DNA from: an uncultured archaeon
GTDB taxonomy: Archaea > Thermoproteota > Nitrososphaeria > Nitrososphaerales > Gagatemarchaeaceae
NCBI GenBank assembly: GCA_963817525.1
Contig: CAWFOU010000007.1
Span: forward strand, 1,120,001 to 1,184,000
Reading direction: 5' to 3'
DNA length: 64,000 bases
The position numbers were made by a program, and so were the translations under genes. The notes beneath the pieces are model-generated. The model did no database searches. It saw nothing but the letters and a program-made list of their open reading frames with translations, and had not been told where the DNA came from. Shown here in pieces: positions 29,663-37,451 of the stretch. Within the stretch, counting starts at the first letter, position 1, and the number at the start of each line of letters is the position of its first letter.

Positions 29663-29696
29663 TGGGGCGGTGAAGAACGCCAAGACGTAGAGGCCC

Positions 29697-30134
29697 CTAC
29701 CGCGTCGTCGGCTGGGCGGGGCGGCGCAGCCGCCGCATTGTCTGCAGGAGAATCGCTGCCGCCCCTATCACCAGGAGCGGCGCGAAGATGATGGGGCTGA
29801 AGGTGTTGGCCCTCTGGGCGTCGAGGGTCCCCGATACCACACCTGACAGGCCGTACTCGAGCGCTATCATCCCGGCGACGAACACGGGGCTGAACACGAA
29901 CCTCTTCCCGAACGCCCCGAAGAAGAACACCACCGTCCCCGCCACCTGGACGAGGAAGACGGCCGGGTACACGGGGTTGACGCTGTTGAAGCAGAAGGGG
30001 CCTCCCGAGGAAGGCTCCACGATGCTCGCGGAGCAATTGACCTGTTCGAAAGGCGCGACCCCCGGCAGCGCCACGAGGAGGAGCACGCTCGCGCAGACCA
30101 CCGCCGCCCCCGCAACAGCCAACCTAGCAGGCAT
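29697..30134 (-). CDS. membrane protein
   Basis: Four hydrophobic segments from MPARLAVAG. Confidence 0.65.
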   Translation of the reverse strand: MPARLAVAGAAVVCASVLLLVALPGVAPFEQVNCSASIVEPSSGGPFCFNSVNPVYPAVFLVQVAGTVVFFFGAFGKRFVFSPVFVAGMIALEYGLSGVVSGTLDAQRANTFSPIIFAPLLVIGAAAILLQTMRRLRRPAQPTTR

Positions 30135-30236
30135 GGAAGAGTGGCCTGGCCCCGCCCCACGGGAATCTAAGTCCTGCGGCCGCCTCGGCGCTCCGGGGGA
30201 AGCTTGATTGACTCCCCGGGGTAGGGAGTCGCGCGC

Positions 30237-31379
30237 ATGCAGGCAGGACTCCAAGAGACGGCGCTCCTGTCTGGCTACGCCGTCCTCGTCCTGCTCGTGA
30301 GCCTCGCCTCGCTGAGGGGCTATTCGATGTTCAAGCCGCTCTCCCCCCTCCCCGTCGAGCGCCGCCACAAGGTCTCGGTCGTTGTGGCCGCGAAGAACGA
30401 GGCGGACACCCTGCGGGAGTCGCTAGAGTCACTCGCCGGGCTCGATTACCCGGACAAGGAGGTGATCGTGGTGTGCGGCCCCTCCGACGACGGCACCGAG
30501 CGTGTGGCCGAGGAGTTCTCCGGGAAGATGACGGTCCTCCGCGAGCCCCCGAGGCCTCCCGACTGGTTGGGGAAGAGCTGGGCGTGCCACCAAGGGTACC
30601 AGAGGTCGACCGGAGACGTCCTGCTCTTCGCCGATGGCGACGTCATCCACTCGCGAGAGAGCCTCGGCGTTGCGCTCGCCAACCTCGACGCCAAGGAGGC
30701 CGGCCTCCTTTCGGTCTGGCCAGAGATAGTCACAAGGACCAGGGCAGAGAGGCTCATCTTCCCGACGAGCATCTTCTTCCTCTGCTTGGGGGTGCTCTTG
30801 TCCTCAAGACGGACTCCGAGGGGAAGGAGGGTGAACGGAGCCAACGGGCAGTACATCATGATAAGGCGGGAGGCCTACGACTCGATCGGGGGCCACGCAG
30901 CAATCAAGAGCGACATCATGGAGGACAGCGCGATCGGGAGGGGCGCTCTAGGCCGCGGCCTCGAGGTCCTCAACGCGGACGGGGAGGGCTACGTCAAGGT
31001 CAAGCCCTACTCCAGGTTCGGGGAGGCCTGGGAGGCGCACGAGAGGTTCGGCGCCGGCCTGCTCCCCTCGTGGGGAGTCCTCGTGGCCACCTGCGTGCTG
31101 ACCGTCGCGTACTTCGCCGGGCCTTTCGCGCTCCTAGGACTCGCCCTCGCGACCGCGAACGGAGCCTATGCGCTAGGCGGCCTGGTGGCCTGCGCCCTGG
31201 TCCTAGGAACGCAGGGGTTCTTCTCCCTCAAGGTCTCGCGGGCACAGTACTTCCTACTCGCGCCGATCTCGGGGCTGCTGGTCACGGCCGCCTCGGTGAC
31301 GGGCTTCGTCAAATTCAGGCGCGGGGGAATAACCTGGAAGCGGGTCAAATACGCCAGCGACCGCTTTAAGCCTCTGTGA
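30237..31379 (+). CDS. GT2 glycosyltransferase (HpnB/CrtQ-like, lipid-acceptor type)
   Basis: AAKNEA, PPDWLGKSWAC, FADGD, ANGQY, GGH, MED; N- and C-terminal TM helices. Confidence 0.88.
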   Translation: MQAGLQETALLSGYAVLVLLVSLASLRGYSMFKPLSPLPVERRHKVSVVVAAKNEADTLRESLESLAGLDYPDKEVIVVCGPSDDGTERVAEEFSGKMTVLREPPRPPDWLGKSWACHQGYQRSTGDVLLFADGDVIHSRESLGVALANLDAKEAGLLSVWPEIVTRTRAERLIFPTSIFFLCLGVLLSSRRTPRGRRVNGANGQYIMIRREAYDSIGGHAAIKSDIMEDSAIGRGALGRGLEVLNADGEGYVKVKPYSRFGEAWEAHERFGAGLLPSWGVLVATCVLTVAYFAGPFALLGLALATANGAYALGGLVACALVLGTQGFFSLKVSRAQYFLLAPISGLLVTAASVTGFVKFRRGGITWKRVKYASDRFKPL

Positions 31380-31428
31380 AGGGCGGCCCGGGGAAAGGTT
31401 ATTCCCGAACTCAAACCCCCATCCACAC

Positions 31429-31971
31429 ATGGACCCGGATGAGCTAGAGACGTGGAAGCGGGCGCTCCTGAGGTTCAGGGCCCAGAAGGACGAGTTCCTG
31501 GCGCACTCCCGCGAGTCCCCGTTCGTCCGCTCAGGCCAGCGCAACTTCCACGGCCTCGCGTACTTCGAGCCCGACCCCGCCTTCAGGCTGGAGACGAAGC
31601 TGGCGAGGTACCCCACGGAGTCGAGCGTCATGATGATCACAAGCACGGGCGTGCGCCAGCTCTTCAACAGGGAGGGGCGCTTCGACCTGGTCGTCGCCGG
31701 CCAGCCCGTCCAGCTCCAGGCCTACCAGTCGGCTGAGAGGGAGGACCCTGACCTCTTCATCCCGTTCAAGGACGCGACCTCCGGGAAGGAGACCTACGGT
31801 GCCTGCCGATACCTCGACATGAAGGTCCAACACGACGACCTATACCTCGTCGACTTCAACTACGCCTACAATCCCTACTGCGCTTACGCGGAGAGCTACG
31901 TCTGCCCCCTCCCGCCCGCCGAGAACTGGCTAAGGGTCGCCATCCGCGCGGGCGAGAAGAACTACCACTAG
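31429..31971 (+). CDS. DUF1684 family protein
   Basis: FKDATSGKETYGACRYL, DFNYAYNPYCAY, CPLPPAEN, AGEK. Confidence 0.93.
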   Translation: MDPDELETWKRALLRFRAQKDEFLAHSRESPFVRSGQRNFHGLAYFEPDPAFRLETKLARYPTESSVMMITSTGVRQLFNREGRFDLVVAGQPVQLQAYQSAEREDPDLFIPFKDATSGKETYGACRYLDMKVQHDDLYLVDFNYAYNPYCAYAESYVCPLPPAENWLRVAIRAGEKNYH

Positions 31972-32036
31972 CCCGCAGAATCGTCTCGAGTCCTTTGAAC
32001 GCGATTTCTTAAATCGGGGGCGTCGCAAGAACGCCC

Positions 32037-32642
32037 GTGGCCGCGAACTCTGTCAGAAGGGTGAACTTCGGCCCGGCGGCTCTTGCGCTCTCGGCCTTCC
32101 TGGTGGCCTTCTTCGGGGCGCGGATCTTCACCTCGATAACCCCGGACACCGTGGTGGTGACCGGTGGGATCCACTTCCACCACTTTTGGTACGGCCTCGG
32201 GATGGTGATCATCTCGGGGTGGCTGGGGATAGCCTACACGCACCCGGCCTGGAACAGGATTTATGCCACGGTCTTCGGGTTCGGCGGCGGCCTCATAGGC
32301 GACGAGGTAGGGCTCCTACTCACGTTCGGAAACTACCACTCAGAGCTGACCTACGTGTTCTTCGTGGGGTTCGTCTGCGTCGTCACTTTGCTCTTCATCC
32401 TCCTTAGGTACAAGGAACCCCTGAAGCGGGACCTGGCCGCTGTGACCAGGGGAGAGGCACTGGCCCACGTCGGGATTGTCATCGTGGGCATCTCGACGCT
32501 CTTCTTCTCCTTCGACTTCCTGGTACCGGGGTCCGGCATCGCCCTCGTGGGAGTCGTCGTGGCGCTAGCGGGCGTCGCGCAAAATCGGCGGTCTCGAACT
32601 GCCCAGACCTCGGGCACGCCGCCTCCCTTGACATCCGCATGA
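32037..32642 (+). CDS. conserved membrane protein (HxHH motif)
   Basis: GIHFHHFWYG, G.GLIGDE; multiple TM helices. Confidence 0.8.
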   Translation: MAANSVRRVNFGPAALALSAFLVAFFGARIFTSITPDTVVVTGGIHFHHFWYGLGMVIISGWLGIAYTHPAWNRIYATVFGFGGGLIGDEVGLLLTFGNYHSELTYVFFVGFVCVVTLLFILLRYKEPLKRDLAAVTRGEALAHVGIVIVGISTLFFSFDFLVPGSGIALVGVVVALAGVAQNRRSRTAQTSGTPPPLTSA

Positions 32643-32715
32643 ATTTTCCACCCTCCTTTCGTGCATAAGAGAAATTATATACCCAATGCGAAGTCTTTCC
32701 CACGGTGCCTAGCGG

Positions 32716-33555
32716 CTGAGCTTTCTGCTGGATCCAATCGCGCTCGTGGTGATTGGCTTCCTTGCCGGGAAGGCCTACTACCTTCTCGTCGCCTTCGACG
32801 ACAAGATCCTGAGGCGGGGCGCTCTGAAGAACAACCTCTTCATAGTGGGCGCAGTCGTCGTGCTGCTTTTCTGGGCCTACAGCGCCTTGCTCTACCTAAA
32901 CGTGATCTACTTCCCCTGGCCGTTACCGGCCTGGTACGCCGGCACGAACTGGATGCTCAACTCCGGCCTTCCTCTGGGGCTGACGAGGAGCTCGCTGACG
33001 GACGTCCTCGCGGTCGTTGTCTTCGCGACCTACCCCGCGTGGTTCTACCTCGGAACGGAGCTGGGCCTCGCCGGGCACAGGCTCACCAAGGGCCAGAGGA
33101 AGAGCGAAAGTAGCCGGATAATCGGGCAGGTGGTCGACACTATATTCCCCAGGGGAGGGGACATCCCCCCTGGCGCCGCGGACGTGGACACCCTCGGCAC
33201 GATCAACTCTCTCCTGGGGAAGATACCCGCCCTCTTCGCCGAGGGGCTGGTCCTTTTGTTCTTCGTCTTCGACAGCAGGTTCTTCGTCCTCTTCTTCACC
33301 GGAAAGTGGAAGCGCTTCGTCGACCTCGACGAAAAGCCTGGGGACGCGACGGAGAAGCGCAAGTATCTGCAAGCGTGGTCCTCCAACCCCTACCTCTCCT
33401 CCGCAACCCAGATCCTGACGCTGGCCGCATCCTACGGCTATTACACCAAGCCTCAGGTCTACAAGGAGATAGGCTACAGCGGGCCCTTGTGCCCCAACCT
33501 TCCCCCCTGGTACAACCCGGGCCCGGAAGCGGTCAAGACCGAGGCCAGACGATGA
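32716..33555 (+). CDS. membrane domain fused to gluconate 2-dehydrogenase subunit-3-like domain
   Basis: DTIFP...PGAAD and YGYY..P..Y.EIGYSGP; overlaps GMC start; CTG start inferred from paralogue 39986 (first GTG at 32746). Confidence 0.75.
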   Translation: MSFLLDPIALVVIGFLAGKAYYLLVAFDDKILRRGALKNNLFIVGAVVVLLFWAYSALLYLNVIYFPWPLPAWYAGTNWMLNSGLPLGLTRSSLTDVLAVVVFATYPAWFYLGTELGLAGHRLTKGQRKSESSRIIGQVVDTIFPRGGDIPPGAADVDTLGTINSLLGKIPALFAEGLVLLFFVFDSRFFVLFFTGKWKRFVDLDEKPGDATEKRKYLQAWSSNPYLSSATQILTLAASYGYYTKPQVYKEIGYSGPLCPNLPPWYNPGPEAVKTEARR

Positions 33556-35087
33556 TAATCCGCGGGAAGGATGTCAGCCGCGACGTCGCGGAGACCGCCG
33601 ACGTCTGCGTGATAGGGTCGGGCGCAGGAGGGGCCGTGCTCGCCTGGGAGATGGCCGCGCAGGGGCGGAGCGTGGTCCTCCTGGAGAAGGGCGGCTACCA
33701 CCCGAGGGAGGACTTCAACCAGAAGGAGGAGGACATGATACCCCTCCTCTACAAGAACGCCGGCCTCCAGTTCACCATCCCCAGCGGGATTGCTGTCGCA
33801 CAGGGGAGCTGCGTCGGGGGCTCGACAGTCGTGAACGACGCTGTCTGCTTCAGGACCCCCGACCCTGTCCTGGGCTGGTGGCAGGACCAGCACAAGATCG
33901 AGAACATCAGCCCCGCCGACATGAAGCGCTACTTCGAGAAGGTCGAGCCGAGGATCTCCGTCTCCCAGGTCCAACCCTTCGAGCTCAACAAGAACAACCT
34001 GGTCCTCAAGAGGGGGGCCGAGAAGCTGGGCTGGGCGGCCGGCCCGAACTCGAGGAACTGCAAGAACTGCAGGCAGTGCGGGAACTGCCAGCTCGGCTGC
34101 TACTATGGCACGAAGCAGAGCATGCTGGAGACGTACATCGCGGAGGCCGAGAGGGACTACGGCAAGACGGTCAAAATCTACGCGGACACCCAGGCCGGCA
34201 AGCTGCTGAGGTCCGGGAGCAGGGTCTCCGGGGTCACGGCGACGATAACGGGGAGCGGAGGAAAGGCCTACGGCCTGAGCGTGAAGGCCAAGGTCGTCCT
34301 CGTCTGCGCGGGCACCATCGCCTCCTCCCAGCTCCTCCTCGAGAGCGGCATCGACGTCAACGGGCAGGTGGGGAAGGGAGTGGCCATCCACCCGTCCCCT
34401 GCCATGATAGGCGACTTTGACGAGGAGATCAACGGCAACCAGGGCATCCCGATGGCCTACCACTGCCACGAGTTCAGCGTCCTGAACACGGGTAAGAGGG
34501 GGTACATGCTCGAGGCGATATACTTCGCCCCCTACCAATTCTCGCTCCCGATCCCAGGCGTTGAGTTCGAGGAGAAGGAGCTGATGTCCAGGTACAGCCA
34601 CTACGCCCTCATCGGGTCGCTCCTCCAGGACGAGAGCGTCGGGACCGTGATCAAGGGAGGGCCCCTCGCCTACTACCTGGACTACTCGCTGACCACGGGC
34701 GACGCGACCCTCATGATGGACGCGATGAAGAGCGCGGCCACCGCGCTCTTCGCGGCGGGCGCCACCAAGGTGATGACCTCCCACAGGAGGAGGACGGTCC
34801 TCTACGGCGTGAAGGACCTCCACATGATAGACGAGAGGGGCGTGACGTCGGGGCTCAGCATCGGGTCGGCCCACCCTCAGGGCGGGAACAGGATGGGCGG
34901 GACCGCGGCGGGCTCCGTCGTGGACTCGCACTCGAAGGTGCGCGGCTTCGACAACCTCTTCGTCTGCGACGCCAGCGTCTTCCCCACCTCCATAGGCGTG
35001 AACCCGCAGCTGACCGTGATGGCCCTGGCGACGCGCGCAGCGGAGCACATCGAGGAGAGCTGGGGGAAGTATGCGGGGGAGCGATGA
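33552..35087 (+). CDS. GMC family FAD oxidoreductase with Cys cluster
   Basis: IGSGAGG, LLEKG, GSCVGGSTVVN, CKNCRQCGNCQLGC, SAHPQG, DASVFPT..GVNPQLT. Confidence 0.93.
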   Translation: MIIRGKDVSRDVAETADVCVIGSGAGGAVLAWEMAAQGRSVVLLEKGGYHPREDFNQKEEDMIPLLYKNAGLQFTIPSGIAVAQGSCVGGSTVVNDAVCFRTPDPVLGWWQDQHKIENISPADMKRYFEKVEPRISVSQVQPFELNKNNLVLKRGAEKLGWAAGPNSRNCKNCRQCGNCQLGCYYGTKQSMLETYIAEAERDYGKTVKIYADTQAGKLLRSGSRVSGVTATITGSGGKAYGLSVKAKVVLVCAGTIASSQLLLESGIDVNGQVGKGVAIHPSPAMIGDFDEEINGNQGIPMAYHCHEFSVLNTGKRGYMLEAIYFAPYQFSLPIPGVEFEEKELMSRYSHYALIGSLLQDESVGTVIKGGPLAYYLDYSLTTGDATLMMDAMKSAATALFAAGATKVMTSHRRRTVLYGVKDLHMIDERGVTSGLSIGSAHPQGGNRMGGTAAGSVVDSHSKVRGFDNLFVCDASVFPTSIGVNPQLTVMALATRAAEHIEESWGKYAGER

Positions 35088-35113
35088 AAAAGGCCGCCTC
35101 GGGTCGAGCGGAT

Positions 35114-36277
35114 TTACCGCGTTCCGTTGACGGCCAATAAGAGCCGTTTCGGCCCTCGCAACTGTATCGAGTCTACTAGAGCGACTTGGTTTAGCTCGTC
35201 GTCAGCAACCTGCAGCCTCGGCAGCAACGGGAGCAAGGCTTCGAGAGCTATCCTCGCCTCAAGGCGCGCCAGCGGGGCGCCGAGACAGAAGTGGGGGCCG
35301 TGACCGAAGGCAAGGTGTTCACGCGGATTTCTCTTGACGTCAAATCGCTCGGGCTCCTCGAATTTTCTCTCGTCCCTATTCGCGGATCCGAGAATGGACA
35401 TGACGACGGCCCCCGCGGGTATGGGGACGCCTGAAACTTCCACGGCGCGAGTTGTGCTACGATATAGGAACTGGACAGGGGCATCGTACCTCAGGGTCTC
35501 CTCGACGAGGGCAGGGGTCAACGCCGGATTCGCCGTCAGCTTCGCCAACTCCTCTGGGTTCCGCAGGAGGGCGAGGACGGCGTTCCCGATCAGATTCGTT
35601 GTGGTCTCGTTTCCTGCGATGAGCAACAGCTTGCAGATACCCAGCACTTGACGAGGGTCGAGCTCCTCGTCCTGCGTTTCCGAACGCAAGAGCCCGCTGA
35701 TGAGATCTTCCCCGGGACTGACCCTTCGTTCCCCGATCACGCCTTCGAAGAAGGCTTCAAATTCTCTCAAGCTGCTCTGGATCTGAGCCTGGCCTGGCGA
35801 TCCCGAGATCCCAGTGGCGCTGACCACAACGGCTTCTGACCAGCGCTTGAAATCCTCACGCTTTCGCGTTTCGATGCCCAAGATTTCTGCGATGACAGTC
35901 ATCGGCAAGGGAACGGTGAGGCTCGACACCAGGTCAAACTCCTCGAGCGAAGAGATGCGTCGCACCAGCTCGTCCGCCATCGCACGGATGTCGTCTTCAA
36001 GCGAGGCTACCTGCCGCGCTGAGAACGCGCGGTTGACGATCCTGCGAGTTCTCGTGTGCGCCGGTGGGTCGCTCCCGAGCAACTCAGTGTCGGCTCTGCG
36101 CATGATCGACGAGGAGAAAAGATCGGGTCGGCTGAGCACGGAGAGCACATCCTCGTACCTGCTCACGGCCCAAGATTCACGGTTCTTCGTCAGAGCGACG
36201 GGGGAGTCTTGACGAAGTGCCTTGTAGTAGGGATAAGGGTCCCGACGCACTTCCGGTGCGAATGGATTGAATACGAT
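35114..36277 (-). CDS. cytochrome P450 (bacterial type)
   Basis: DPPAHTR, AGNETT, EETLRY, SANRDE, FGHGPHFCLG; FNPF motif lies upstream of first GTG (36250), so start is uncertain. Confidence 0.95.
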   Translation of the reverse strand: MVFNPFAPEVRRDPYPYYKALRQDSPVALTKNRESWAVSRYEDVLSVLSRPDLFSSSIMRRADTELLGSDPPAHTRTRRIVNRAFSARQVASLEDDIRAMADELVRRISSLEEFDLVSSLTVPLPMTVIAEILGIETRKREDFKRWSEAVVVSATGISGSPGQAQIQSSLREFEAFFEGVIGERRVSPGEDLISGLLRSETQDEELDPRQVLGICKLLLIAGNETTTNLIGNAVLALLRNPEELAKLTANPALTPALVEETLRYDAPVQFLYRSTTRAVEVSGVPIPAGAVVMSILGSANRDERKFEEPERFDVKRNPREHLAFGHGPHFCLGAPLARLEARIALEALLPLLPRLQVADDELNQVALVDSIQLRGPKRLLLAVNGTR

Positions 36278-36335
36278 GCCTACCCGCGCCGCCGCATCGT
36301 TCTCCGCCCGCTTTCTTAAACCATCTGTCGTCGCG

Positions 36336-37328
36336 CTATCGATTCAACTCGCCCAGCAAGTGCAACGACTCGTCGAGGACCGAACGTTCGTCCCTGTCGC
36401 GTCGCATCGTCGGAATAACAACCACTTCCTTCCGAGTCGAGTGCGCCTCCTCAAGAATCGACTGGGCGAGCATCGGATGAGGGCCGAATTCCACAAATGT
36501 CCGATACCCGTCTTCCAAGAGATTGTGGACCACGGTGGAGAACAGGGCGGGCTCGCTCATGATCCGCCACCAGTAACCATCGCCAAAATCCTGTCCCGCC
36601 TGTCGTCTTCCAGAGACCGACGAGTAGACAGGGACGCTTTCAAGATGGAGCCGCAAACCCTGAAGCTGCGCGACGAAGGGGGCCCTCAAATCGCTCACTT
36701 CGGGACCGTGGAACGCAAAACCTACGTTGGCGAGACCACAGCGGACGCCCTTCCTTTGCAAGAAGGTCAAGAACCCCTCGAGCGCTCCTGCCTCGCCAGA
36801 AACCACGGTCAGCGACCGGCTCAGCTCCACCGCAACCGACACGGCGCCGGAGTACTCCCCTGCGATCGTCCGTACCTCCGTCGGACCGAGGCCCACGTAT
36901 GCCATCCCGCCCGGTCTCGTCGTCTGTTCCGTGATCTTGCTCTGACCTAGTACGACCTTGATCGAATCGGGCAAGTCGATGACCCCTGCGAGATGGACTG
37001 CGGCGACCTCGCCCATGCTCAGCCCGGCGACGGCCGCGGGCTCGATTCCTCGCCCGCTGAACAACGCAGTCAGCGCTATCTGAAGAGCCGTGACGGCGGG
37101 CTGAATATACCCTTCCAGAGAGTGCAGTCGATAACCGTTCTTCTCTTTGGTGAATTCCTCCACTAGCGACCACCCGAGCTGTCGCCGAATCTCATCGTCG
37201 CACGCTTGGATTGCCTCCCGGAAAATCGGCTCCTCGACGTAGAGCTTCTGACCCATACCCGGCCACTGACCGCCCTGCGACGAAAAGACGAAGACCGGTT
37301 TGTCACGAATTTCATCCGGCGTGGCTAA
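36336..37328 (-). CDS. stand-alone PKS/FAS-type acyltransferase domain protein
   Basis: VFVFSSQGGQWPGMG (upstream of first ATG 37256), IQPA, GLSMGE, FAFH, FVEFGPHP; no KS or ACP attached; end given is the limit of the open frame. Confidence 0.88.
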   Translation of the reverse strand, partial: LATPDEIRDKPVFVFSSQGGQWPGMGQKLYVEEPIFREAIQACDDEIRRQLGWSLVEEFTKEKNGYRLHSLEGYIQPAVTALQIALTALFSGRGIEPAAVAGLSMGEVAAVHLAGVIDLPDSIKVVLGQSKITEQTTRPGGMAYVGLGPTEVRTIAGEYSGAVSVAVELSRSLTVVSGEAGALEGFLTFLQRKGVRCGLANVGFAFHGPEVSDLRAPFVAQLQGLRLHLESVPVYSSVSGRRQAGQDFGDGYWWRIMSEPALFSTVVHNLLEDGYRTFVEFGPHPMLAQSILEEAHSTRKEVVVIPTMRRDRDERSVLDESLHLLGELNR

Positions 37329-37451
37329 TCATCCTCCTGCAAAACCGGTCCTTGGACTCGATGGAGAAGGGGCGCGCGTCTCAGTCTGGCGTCAAAGCTC
37401 TCCCGCGAAAACCGGACACTTCGTGTCAATGGACTCCGATTAGTGGCACAA

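Noticed and set aside
28397-35048. Long antisense ORFs (28397..29683, 33474..35048 and similar)
   Set aside because: Mirror frames of GC3-rich real genes with no motifs
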